Shown here in pieces: positions 15,565-23,533 of a stretch of DNA of 32,000 nucleotides (its first letter is position 1; every line of letters starts with the position of its first letter). The DNA lies in the NCBI GenBank assembly GCA_963663995.1, contig OY760660.1, forward strand, positions 690,001 to 722,000, given 5' to 3'. Both the position numbers and the translations under genes were made by a program. The notes under the pieces are model-generated. The model was not told the origin of the DNA and did no database searches. It saw only the letters and a program-made list of their open reading frames with translations. The stretch comes from Erysipelotrichaceae bacterium. Lineage in GTDB: Bacteria; Bacillota_I; Bacilli_A; Erysipelotrichales; Erysipelotrichaceae.

Positions 15565-17876
15565 TACTTTACCAATGCTTCTTTTAGAACTTGCATCACA
15601 TTGGTTACAGGCACGAATTTTATCGCATCTTTAACAACTTGTGGTACATCATCTAAATCTTTTTGATTTAAGTTAGGAATTAAGATTTTTTCGATACCCA
15701 CTCTGTGTGCGGCTAAAGATTTCTCTTTAAGTCCACCAATTGGTAATACGTTACCACGAAGTGTTACTTCGCCTGTCATCGCTAAGTTAGCATAGACAGG
15801 TGTATGGGTTAAAGCAGAGACAATCGCTGTGGTCATGGTGACACCAGCACTTGGTCCATCTTTAGGAACAGCTCCTTCAGGAACATGTAAGTGAATATCA
15901 TGTGTTTCAAAGAACTTAGGATCAATTTTAAACTCTTGGGCATGTGACTTAACAAAGCCTAAAGCAATTTCTGAAGATTCCTTCATAACATCGCCTAATT
16001 TACCTGTAAGTATTAAACGTCCCTTTCCTTCAAAAGTAGTGACTTCCACCGGAAGTACATCACCACCAAAGGATGTATAGGCTAAACCAGTCACAACACC
16101 AACTTGGTTTTCACCTTCTTTTTTACCGTATTCGAAGATTTCTTTACCTAAATATTCCATCATCAATTTATCGGTAACCGTAATCGATTTTTTACCATCT
16201 TTTAAGATAGCTAACACAGACTTACGACAGAGAGCGGCAATATGACGTTCAACTTGTCGAACCCCTGCTTCACGGGTGTAGTTACGAATGATATGTAGAA
16301 TAACATCATCATTTACTTTAAATTGAGCTTTCTTCAATCCATTTAATGCCATTTGACGTGGAACTAAGTGATTTCGCGCAATATTAACTTTTTCATCTTC
16401 TGTATAAGAAGAAAGTTGAATGATTTCTAAACGATCTTTTAAAGCAGGTGGAATATCTTCTAGATAGTTCGCGGTTGCGATAAACATAACTTTAGATAAA
16501 TCATATGGTTCTTCTAAATAGTGATCAGAGAAAAGTGAATTTTGTTCAGGATCTAAAACTTCTAACATTGCTGAACTTGGATCACCTTTATAATCAGAAG
16601 CCATCTTATCAATTTCATCAATCAAGAATACTGGATTGATGACTTGGGCTTTTTTCATCCCTTGAATGAAACGACCAGGTAGTGAACCCAAATAAGTACG
16701 TCTGTGACCTCTAATTTCAGCTTCATCACGAACACCCCCTAAGGATGCTTTAACGAAGGTGCGATTGAGGGCTCCCGCAATAGACTTAGCTAAAGATGTT
16801 TTACCAACCCCAGGAGGACCAACTAAACATAAGATAGGGGCATTTAAGCTACCTGTCATTTTCTTAACAGCTAAGTATTCCATAATCCGATCTTTAACTT
16901 TTTCAAGACCATAGTGTTGAGCATCTAAATGAGCACGAACTTTAACTAAGTCGCCTTCATCAGTAGATTCTTGCCACCAAGGAATATTTAATAACCAATC
17001 AAGATAAGTACGGATAACACCAGACTCACCAGATGAAGTTGGCAACATTTCATAACGTTGGATTTCTTCTAATGCTTTTTGCTTAATATTTTCAGGATAA
17101 GGATTTTCTTCGACTAAACGTCTGAGATTATCGACATCATCGGTCGAATTAGGTACATCACCCAATTCTTCTTTAATCGCACGTAATTTTTCACGTAAAT
17201 AGTATTCACGTTGATTTTGTTCAATCGATTCACGAACTTTTTCATTAATCCCTTGTTCAATTGAAGTTAATTCTTTTTCTTTCTTAAGCGAAGAAATGAT
17301 TAAGAGTAATCGTGCATTAAGATTAAATTCTTCTAACATCGCTTGTCTTTCATCAAGAGGCATTGGGAAATATTGGGCAACTTGATCAGATAGTTGAGTT
17401 GCGCTTACACCCTTTGTTAATTGTTGAAATACGTCAGGTGGAAAGGAATTACCAATATTCGTAATGCTTTCTAAACCTTTTGCGATTTGACGAACTAAAG
17501 CAGCTTCTTCTAAGGAATCACCAAGAACATCATCATGAGGCTCAATCGCCGCAAATAACATTCTATCGTCTTCACTTAAACGAAGGACTTTCGCTCTTCT
17601 AAGTCCCGTAAAAGTAACACGCATAAAGCCTTCTTTTTTACGAGAACTTTTAATTTTACAGAGTGTACCAACTTGGTATAAATCATTTTCATGAGGTTCG
17701 TCGACTAAGACATCTCTTTGAGAGACTAAGAAAACTTGTCCATCAAAATACGCCATTGCTTCTTCTACCGCATTGACACTCTTTTCACGTCCAACTTCGA
17801 TCATGACATCTTGATTTGGGAAAATCAAAACCCCACGAGTCGCAATTGCCGGTACATTTATTTCATGTTTTTCCAT
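15564..17876 (-). CDS. lon: ATP-dependent Lon protease (LonA type)
   Basis: N-terminal LON domain, Walker A GPPGVGKTS, and a catalytic Ser in PKDGPSAGVTM. An AAGGAG SD is present. Confidence 0.95.
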   Translation of the reverse strand: MEKHEINVPAIATRGVLIFPNQDVMIEVGREKSVNAVEEAMAYFDGQVFLVSQRDVLVDEPHENDLYQVGTLCKIKSSRKKEGFMRVTFTGLRRAKVLRLSEDDRMLFAAIEPHDDVLGDSLEEAALVRQIAKGLESITNIGNSFPPDVFQQLTKGVSATQLSDQVAQYFPMPLDERQAMLEEFNLNARLLLIISSLKKEKELTSIEQGINEKVRESIEQNQREYYLREKLRAIKEELGDVPNSTDDVDNLRRLVEENPYPENIKQKALEEIQRYEMLPTSSGESGVIRTYLDWLLNIPWWQESTDEGDLVKVRAHLDAQHYGLEKVKDRIMEYLAVKKMTGSLNAPILCLVGPPGVGKTSLAKSIAGALNRTFVKASLGGVRDEAEIRGHRRTYLGSLPGRFIQGMKKAQVINPVFLIDEIDKMASDYKGDPSSAMLEVLDPEQNSLFSDHYLEEPYDLSKVMFIATANYLEDIPPALKDRLEIIQLSSYTEDEKVNIARNHLVPRQMALNGLKKAQFKVNDDVILHIIRNYTREAGVRQVERHIAALCRKSVLAILKDGKKSITVTDKLMMEYLGKEIFEYGKKEGENQVGVVTGLAYTSFGGDVLPVEVTTFEGKGRLILTGKLGDVMKESSEIALGFVKSHAQEFKIDPKFFETHDIHLHVPEGAVPKDGPSAGVTMTTAIVSALTHTPVYANLAMTGEVTLRGNVLPIGGLKEKSLAAHRVGIEKILIPNLNQKDLDDVPQVVKDAIKFVPVTNVMQVLKEALVK

Positions 17877-17911
17877 ATGTTTTAACTCCTTATGTTAAAG
17901 GGACATAAAAC

Positions 17912-19186
17912 TTAGGCTTTTGTATCAAAGATTAAATCGTACGCTTTTCTTAAACGTAAATCGTAAGAAATTGTTTCTGTGCTTGCAAGTTGTTTAATTT
18001 GTTCAATATCCATTTGATATTGTTCTGCAACTTTTTTGTATTCTTCTTCGATTTCGTCAGCACTCACTTCAATATTTTCTGCATTTGCAATTGCGTGTAA
18101 TACTAAACGAACTTTAACTTTGCCTAAAGCATCTTGTGCCATTTGAGCACGTAATGTTGCCATGTCTTGTCCAGTGATTTGTGAATATTGTTCTAATGAG
18201 AAACCTTGTTGTTGTAGACGTTGTTGGAAATCTTGAACCATAGTATCTGTTTCTTGATCAACAAGTACATCAGGAATTTCAACACTTGCATTGTCCATAA
18301 CTTTTGTTAGAACTTCATTCTTATAATCTTCATCGACTTTAATCGCTTTTTCAGCTTTTAAATCTTCTTCAAATTTAGCTGTAAGAGCCTCTAAAGTGGT
18401 TGTATCTTTGTGATTAACTTCTTTTGCAAAATCATCGTTAAGTTCTGGAAGTTCTTTAACTTTGATTTCATTTACTTTAACTTTAAAGACAACAGGTTGA
18501 CCAGCCAAATGCTCAGCTCCATAATCTTCTGGGAAAGAAACTTCAATATCTTTTTCTTCACCGGATTTCATACCGATGATTGCATCTTCAAATCCAGGGA
18601 TAAATGTGTTTGATCCAATTTCAAGTGCATAGTTCTCACCTTTACCACCATCAAATGCGACACCATCTTTAAAGCCTTCAAAATCAATAACTGCTGTATC
18701 TTTAGCTTCAACTTTGCCTTCTTCTTTTAAGACAAGTTCTGCAAATTGTTGACGGAGTTCATCTAACTTAGCTTCTACATCTTTTTTACTTACTTTTGCG
18801 CTTGCTTTTTTAATACCTAAATCTTTATATGCACCTAAAGTTACTTCAGGTGTTACCGCAAAACTAAATGTTAAAACAGTTTTAGCTGTATCAACTGATT
18901 CAACGCCTAATTCAGGACGTGAAATCGGTTCAACTTTAGTCTCTTCTAAACCTGCTTCTAAAGCTTCTTGAGCAACATTTTGTACTGCTTCAATTAAAAT
19001 TTCTTGTTCGGAAATTTGTTTTTTAACCATGTCTAAAGGGGCTTTCCCTTTTCTGAATCCTTTGATATTTACATTTTGAGCTAACTTTTTAAAAGCTTTC
19101 TCTTGAGCCTTTGCCCAAAGGTCTCCTTCTACTTCTACTTTCAACTCTCCGGTTGATTTTTCAATTACTGTCCACGTACTTTTCAT
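17912..19186 (-). CDS. tig: Trigger factor
   Basis: Ribosome-binding GFRKGKAP motif and a central FKBP-type PPIase domain. The start MKSTWTV at 19186 lies 6 nt after AGGAGG. The ORF-track start at 19201 falls within the SD. Confidence 0.95.
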   Translation of the reverse strand: MKSTWTVIEKSTGELKVEVEGDLWAKAQEKAFKKLAQNVNIKGFRKGKAPLDMVKKQISEQEILIEAVQNVAQEALEAGLEETKVEPISRPELGVESVDTAKTVLTFSFAVTPEVTLGAYKDLGIKKASAKVSKKDVEAKLDELRQQFAELVLKEEGKVEAKDTAVIDFEGFKDGVAFDGGKGENYALEIGSNTFIPGFEDAIIGMKSGEEKDIEVSFPEDYGAEHLAGQPVVFKVKVNEIKVKELPELNDDFAKEVNHKDTTTLEALTAKFEEDLKAEKAIKVDEDYKNEVLTKVMDNASVEIPDVLVDQETDTMVQDFQQRLQQQGFSLEQYSQITGQDMATLRAQMAQDALGKVKVRLVLHAIANAENIEVSADEIEEEYKKVAEQYQMDIEQIKQLASTETISYDLRLRKAYDLIFDTKA

Positions 19187-19212
19187 GTGAGACCTCCTCA
19201 TATTGCTTAATC

Positions 19213-19240
19213 ATTATAGCATAGCATCTAGCACTGTCAA
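19213..19240 (-). promoter_or_regulatory. Near-consensus sigma-A promoter of tig (TTGACA-16 nt-TGCTATAAT)
   Basis: On the minus strand, -35 TTGACA lies at 19235-19240 and the extended -10 TGCTATAAT at 19213-19221. The leader of about 20 nt carries AGGAGG. Confidence 0.7.
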
Positions 19241-19954
19241 CTAATGAGTGCTAGAGGGAATACTTTCTTCTAATAAACTATCTTTCATCGTTTCAAAAGC
19301 GTCTCTATCATACAGGGCTGTAACCATTTTTTCCATGATTGTGATTGCTAAATCATAGCTTTCATCCACCTCATAGACCATCGGTAGTTTTAATAAACTT
19401 TGCAGATGGAGTTCTTGGGTACACAATTGATGTAAACTTGGTTCTTTCATACACCATTTTTCTAAGTATTCTTCTGCGATTTCAAACCCATCACTATCTT
19501 CAGGTAAACATAAACTCATCGGAATGATTTGATAATGAAACCCACCCATGTCCACCTTAAACTCATTCACTAAAGCTTGTTCAATACAAAGTCGAATCAG
19601 TAAGGCTTTCATTAAGTCATCACATAATATATCAAAGGCTTCTTGTATTAAATCAACATGCTGTCTTAAATTAAGCTTGCTTAATGAATCGAGTGCATAA
19701 ATGATTTGTTCATCATCCCCGTTTAAAGCTTTTAGTATGGCTTGAGGATCGGTTAAACTTGTTTGAATCTTTTCACTAGATTTAAGTTCAGTTCTTATCT
19801 CTTTTTCTAAACGTTCTATTTCCGTTAAAAAAGTTTTAGGCACATACGGCATCGCTAATTCTTCTAAGACTTTCGCATAGGCTTCTTCAAGTTTATTCTC
19901 ATCAATTAATTTTTGGATGTCATTGAGACATTGTTTATAGTAGGTATCACTCAT
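19241..19954 (-). CDS. Hypothetical all-helical protein, possibly DUF3196-like (the family found upstream of tig in Mollicutes)
   Basis: Compositionally plausible ORF that is helix-rich. The family assignment comes from my recollection of the MPN330-type neighbourhood and is not verified. Confidence 0.6.
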   Translation of the reverse strand: MSDTYYKQCLNDIQKLIDENKLEEAYAKVLEELAMPYVPKTFLTEIERLEKEIRTELKSSEKIQTSLTDPQAILKALNGDDEQIIYALDSLSKLNLRQHVDLIQEAFDILCDDLMKALLIRLCIEQALVNEFKVDMGGFHYQIIPMSLCLPEDSDGFEIAEEYLEKWCMKEPSLHQLCTQELHLQSLLKLPMVYEVDESYDLAITIMEKMVTALYDRDAFETMKDSLLEESIPSSTH

Positions 19955-19961
19955 ACATTTT

Positions 19962-19970
19962 ATTATGCCA
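19962..19970 (-). promoter_or_regulatory. Extended -10 (TGGCATAAT) 7 nt upstream of the ATG at 19954; leaderless-type
   Basis: The minus strand reads TGGCATAAT-aaaatgt-ATG, with no SD. Confidence 0.45.
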
Positions 19971-20003
19971 CAACACTTCTTTATGTGTGATGTCTTTTCT
20001 TCG

Positions 20004-20012
20004 TGTTAAAAT
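20004..20012 (+). promoter_or_regulatory. Extended -10 (TGTTAAAAT) 7 nt upstream of the ATG at 20020; leaderless-type
   Basis: The plus strand reads TGTTAAAAT-ttgtgta-ATG. This supports the internal start MKAIIFIV. Confidence 0.5.
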
Positions 20013-20019
20013 TTGTGTA

Positions 20020-20907
20020 ATGAAAGCAATAATATTTATAGTCGGCTTAGCCTTAGCGGCTGGTGGACTCACCTTATCCATTATAGGATTCACTCAAATC
20101 GATAGCTTAGATGTCACAATGCTTGGTCTTTATTTAGGTGGATCATTTCTATTGATGACGATTGGTCTTTATATGATGTTAGTTGTCTTTATGAAAAAGA
20201 AGAAAACAGATGACACAGATGAGAAAGAAAGCATTGAAGAAGTTCTCTTAGATTTAGATGAAGACGAAGACTTAGACACTGAGATATTAGAAATGAGTGA
20301 ACCTACTTCAATGATTGAAGATACGATGGTTCTTAATCTATTTGAAAAAGAAAAAGATGCACCAGTAGAAGAAGAAATGATGAAAAGTGATGATTCATCT
20401 ATTGAAGAAACAAGTGATGCCATTGAATCAGTCGATGATTTAGACATTGAAGATGAGTTTGTAGAAGAAGTCATTGAACTTGATGAAGAACCTGAATTAA
20501 TTGAAGAAGTGTCAGAAGATATTGAAAAAATCAATAATGAAGTTACAGAAGAAGAAAACTTAGATCAAACGCTTGTCTCAGATGAGATTGTCATTAACTC
20601 ACAAGAACCTGTACTAAATGCTAGCTTTGTTGAAGCTCGATTAATCGGGATTGAAGGATTTAAATCTCAGAGAATCTTAAAGAAACTTAGTGAGGGTACA
20701 GAACTTACCTTAAGAGAAAACCAAAAACATGGTTTAAAATCTTGTGAGATTTTCTATCAAAATAAATCGATTGGTTACTTATCAAAAGTTGACTACAATA
20801 AAATGGCGGATAAACTCAATCAAGTTTATAAGATTACAATTTCAACCTTTGTCTATGAAAATAATAAGGTTGCGACTGTAATGCTTAGTTTCATGTTTAA
20901 ACAATAA
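20020..20907 (+). CDS. Membrane-anchored protein: 2 TM helices, an acidic disordered linker of about 130 aa, and a C-terminal HIRAN-like domain (tentative)
   Basis: The TM segments are IIFIVGLALAAGGLTLSIIGF and LGLYLGGSFLLMTIGLYMMLVVF. A D/E-rich tract spans about 20200-20580. The C-terminus LIGIEGF...GTELTLRENQKHGLKSCEIFYQNKSIGYLSK loosely follows the HIRAN pattern but lacks the NPYD motif. Confidence 0.6.
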   Translation: MKAIIFIVGLALAAGGLTLSIIGFTQIDSLDVTMLGLYLGGSFLLMTIGLYMMLVVFMKKKKTDDTDEKESIEEVLLDLDEDEDLDTEILEMSEPTSMIEDTMVLNLFEKEKDAPVEEEMMKSDDSSIEETSDAIESVDDLDIEDEFVEEVIELDEEPELIEEVSEDIEKINNEVTEEENLDQTLVSDEIVINSQEPVLNASFVEARLIGIEGFKSQRILKKLSEGTELTLRENQKHGLKSCEIFYQNKSIGYLSKVDYNKMADKLNQVYKITISTFVYENNKVATVMLSFMFKQ

Positions 20908-20930
20908 GGCTCAATGAGCCTTTTTTATTT
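20906..20930 (+). terminator. Rho-independent terminator
   Basis: The stem AAGGCTC/GAGCCTT has an AAT loop and is followed by TTTTTTATTT. It overlaps the stop codon. Confidence 0.65.
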
Positions 20931-20945
20931 CTTGCTTAATAGGCG

Positions 20946-20951
20946 TATAAT
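20946..20951 (+). promoter_or_regulatory. -10 box TATAAT 6 nt upstream of the ATG at 20958; leaderless-type
   Basis: The plus strand reads TATAAT-ttaagt-ATG, with no SD. Confidence 0.4.
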
Positions 20952-20957
20952 TTAAGT

Positions 20958-21338
20958 ATGAAAAAACAATGGACAATATCATTAAAACTTAAATTATTTA
21001 CATCTCTATTATCTATTCTTATTGCCTTATTTTTAATGTTATTCTCATTTGATGTATTTCTAGATGGTGGCTCAACCGCTTTTGAAAGACTATTAGGTTT
21101 CATCATTCACAGTATTCCTACATGGTCAATCTTAACCAGTGTTGCGATTGCTTGGAAATATCCACAGTTTGGTGCATGGGTCTTTATTGTGATTGGATCA
21201 GTATTGTCGTATATTGTTTTTAATGCGAACGCTAATAACCCAGATATCTGGCTAATCTTCTTAATCATCCCATTACCTGTATTTGGCATATCAGCTCTAT
21301 ATTTCACAATAAACCGCTTAGAAAAGATAAATAAATAA
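20958..21338 (+). CDS. Hypothetical integral membrane protein (4 predicted TM helices)
   Basis: Hydrophobic periodicity is clear. The overlapping antisense ORF at 21107-21385 looks random. Confidence 0.6.
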   Translation: MKKQWTISLKLKLFTSLLSILIALFLMLFSFDVFLDGGSTAFERLLGFIIHSIPTWSILTSVAIAWKYPQFGAWVFIVIGSVLSYIVFNANANNPDIWLIFLIIPLPVFGISALYFTINRLEKINK

Positions 21339-21418
21339 CTAAAGTTAAAGATAATAAAGTTCTCATAAAAAAGAGTTAGACACATTAAATGTAAAACTCT
21401 AATTTAAATCGTGATTTT

Positions 21419-21444
21419 AATACAGCCATCAGGCTGTATTTTTA
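21419..21444. terminator. Hairpin/terminator between convergent genes
   Basis: The stem AATACAGCC/GGCTGTATT has an ATCA loop and is followed by TTTTTAT on the plus strand. The loop contains the stop codon of the 191-aa minus-strand gene. Confidence 0.55.
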
Positions 21445-22004
21445 TATCTAAATACTATTTCAGCATTTATGAAACGTTTATAATTCTTAATTAATCGACG
21501 AATACGCCTACCTTCAAATGTTAAACGAGATATTGCTTCCCACAAAAATACCCAACCCCCAACAACGACAATTTCGGTTAAGGTGTATGAGACGATATTA
21601 TCTCTGTGTCCAACCCCAAAATAAGAGGATGTTAATAAAAGAGCAGAAATAAATAAGTAAAGCGATGCATTCTTCATGATTCTTCTTAGTTTATTCTTTT
21701 CAAGTTCAACATAAAAACTATAAAACGTTTTAAACCATTTTCGCAAAACTTCTTCTCGAATTACATCTTTCTTCTCATCAGAGAAATAAAAAGAAATATC
21801 AATACAAAAATGAATAGGTATATCATCTATCGAATCTTCTAAGAAACTTATAAGTCCAGGATGAATATCTTTTCGCTTAAATGGTGCATGATCCCAATCA
21901 TTAAAAATGGCTTCATAATTATTAAGGGAAACCTCAATAATAAAATTACCATTCTCTGGATTTCGATCATATAACTTTTCAACTAAACTATTTGTTTTAC
22001 TCAT
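21429..22004 (-). CDS. Hypothetical protein: soluble N-terminal domain plus two C-terminal TM helices
   Basis: ORF only. The TM segments are ASLYLFISALLLTSSYF and IVVVGGWVFLWEAI. No family was recognised. Confidence 0.55.
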   Translation of the reverse strand: MSKTNSLVEKLYDRNPENGNFIIEVSLNNYEAIFNDWDHAPFKRKDIHPGLISFLEDSIDDIPIHFCIDISFYFSDEKKDVIREEVLRKWFKTFYSFYVELEKNKLRRIMKNASLYLFISALLLTSSYFGVGHRDNIVSYTLTEIVVVGGWVFLWEAISRLTFEGRRIRRLIKNYKRFINAEIVFRYKNTA

Positions 22005-22121
22005 GATCTGTTAACTTAATTATATATTATTTCCGCTATTGACTCTTTAATACTTCTAGAACAAATTTTAAATGTGTTTTTGCGATAATCATTTAGACTT
22101 TATTCTTATCTATCAAAACCA

Positions 22122-22146
22122 TAAAAAAAAACGCTTACTAGCGTTT
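22122..22146 (-). terminator. Rho-independent terminator downstream of tRNA-Arg
   Basis: The stem AAACGCT/AGCGTTT has a TACT loop and is followed by a 9-T run on the minus strand. Confidence 0.75.
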
Positions 22147-22155
22147 CTAATTAAA

Positions 22156-22232
22156 TGGCGTCCTCAGAGGGATTCGAACCCCCGACCGTGCGCTTAGAAG
22201 GCGCATGCTCTATCCAGCTGAGCTATGAGGAC
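22156..22232 (-). tRNA. tRNA-Arg (anticodon UCU), 77 nt, CCA encoded
   Basis: I folded the cloverleaf manually. Acceptor stem GTCCTCA/TGAGGAC, D stem GCTC/GAGC, anticodon stem TGCGC/GCGCA with loop CTTCTAA, T arm GGGGG-TTCGAAT-CCCTC, discriminator G, then CCA. Confidence 0.95.
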
Positions 22233-22273
22233 AAGTGCTTTAATATAATAACAAACTCCACAGCATTTGAAAA

Positions 22274-22774
22274 CTAAAAGCGTGAAAAGAATCCTTTTTT
22301 CTTTTCTTTTGGCTCATCTATAGCCAAACGGTCAACCGTAAACTGACCATTATGGTAGGTAATAAGGGCATAACTTGGAGTTGAGTAATCACGATTATAA
22401 TAGATAGAACCAGGATTTACTAAAGTAATTCCATTCTTTTCTTCTACATGAAAGATATGTGTATGTCCATATAACATCAATTTGCAGTTTTCTGCATAAG
22501 CATATTCGCTTAAGCGTTCAGTAATATGCATCGGTGGAATACGATCACCATGTTGAACTAAAATTCTTAGACCTTCAAGTTCGATGATTAATCGATGTGG
22601 ATAATCATAATACATATCATTATTCCCTTGAACACTGACAAAGCCATCTAAATATTCTTCAGAACACTCTGAATCACCACAGTTGATGTAGGCATCTGCA
22701 TTGGGATGGAGTTCTCTTAGTTTAGAATAAACTTCATTACGACCATGGGCATCACTCACAACTACAATTTGCAT
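22274..22774 (-). CDS. YfcE/YsnB-type metallophosphoesterase (MJ0936 family)
   Basis: Motifs VVSDAHG, GDSE, GNND, YGHTH and a GS motif. Confidence 0.85.
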   Translation of the reverse strand: MQIVVVSDAHGRNEVYSKLRELHPNADAYINCGDSECSEEYLDGFVSVQGNNDMYYDYPHRLIIELEGLRILVQHGDRIPPMHITERLSEYAYAENCKLMLYGHTHIFHVEEKNGITLVNPGSIYYNRDYSTPSYALITYHNGQFTVDRLAIDEPKEKKKGFFSRF

Positions 22775-23515
22775 CTAAAAAACCACCTTCTCAAATTGTT
22801 CATCTTTGCCAAATAATACTTTGGCTTGTTGAATCGCGTGATCAGCTTCAGCACTTGTGACACAGCGAGAAAGACCTTCATCAAAAGGTTCGTCTTTTAA
22901 AGAATTAACCATCGCTAATTCTGAATCATACACTTTCGCACTAAATTCTTTTTCGATTAATTTGGTGATTAAAGGATAATGGGTACAGCCTAATAAAATC
23001 GCATCATATTTATGACTTGGAATGAGTTGATGAAGATAATCTTTTATTACTGATTCATCTTCCATGTCTTCAATATAATTAACCAATTTAGGTAAAGCAA
23101 TGCCTTCAACTTCTGTATCTGGACAAAGTGCTTTAATACCCTTTTTATAAATCTCAGATTGAGTGGTTGCTTGAGTGGCAAGTACACAAAATGACTTATG
23201 TGATGTTTCTTTAAGTGCTTCAATGGTTGGTTTAACTAACTCATGAAACTGAATGGTTTTAAACTCCGTTTTTAACTCATTTAAAATTAAAGCATTCATC
23301 GTATTACAGGCAATGATAACTTGATGAATATCTTGCGCTAAAAACCATTGCATATTCTTTCTCGCAATGTCTAATAACTCATCTTTCGTTTTATTTCCAT
23401 AGGGTGCATTCTTTTGATCAGCCAAAAAAGTAAAGGCTGCTTTTGGGTAAGCATGATGCAAGGCTAAATAAATGCGATAGCCTCCTAAACCTGAGTCAAT
23501 AATTCCATAAGTCAT
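22775..23515 (-). CDS. murI: Glutamate racemase
   Basis: Motifs IDSGLGG, IIACNTMN (catalytic Cys) and LGCTHYPL (second catalytic Cys). Confidence 0.9.
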   Translation of the reverse strand: MTYGIIDSGLGGYRIYLALHHAYPKAAFTFLADQKNAPYGNKTKDELLDIARKNMQWFLAQDIHQVIIACNTMNALILNELKTEFKTIQFHELVKPTIEALKETSHKSFCVLATQATTQSEIYKKGIKALCPDTEVEGIALPKLVNYIEDMEDESVIKDYLHQLIPSHKYDAILLGCTHYPLITKLIEKEFSAKVYDSELAMVNSLKDEPFDEGLSRCVTSAEADHAIQQAKVLFGKDEQFEKVVF

Positions 23516-23522
23516 ATGTTGT

Positions 23523-23531
23523 ATTATACCA
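23523..23531 (-). promoter_or_regulatory. Extended -10 (TGGTATAAT) 7 nt upstream of the murI ATG; leaderless-type
   Basis: The minus strand reads TGGTATAAT-acaacat-ATG, with no SD. Confidence 0.5.
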
Positions 23532-23533
23532 TT

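Noticed and set aside
19187-19201. Longer ORF-track starts for tig (19201), radC (4820), mreD (3327), the activase (11382), deoR (13117) and the HIRAN-like gene (19987)
   Set aside because: The upstream Met codons fall inside SD sequences, -10 boxes, hairpins or the preceding gene. Internal starts have better SD or leaderless-promoter support and give family-typical N-termini.
20169-20534. 121-aa Ser-rich minus-strand ORF
   Set aside because: It is the antisense image of the GAA/GAT-rich acidic linker of the plus-strand gene (TTC/ATC codons read as Ser/Ile). This is a low-complexity artefact.
21107-21385. 92-aa minus-strand ORF overlapping the 126-aa membrane protein gene
   Set aside because: The plus-strand ORF shows clean TM periodicity, a -10 box next to its ATG and a downstream terminator. 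The minus-strand product looks random.
19955-22232. tRNA-Arg-adjacent genomic island or integrated element
   Set aside because: The hypothetical membrane genes lie next to the tRNA 3' end, but I found no integrase, no direct repeat of the tRNA 3' end and no phage or transposon genes.
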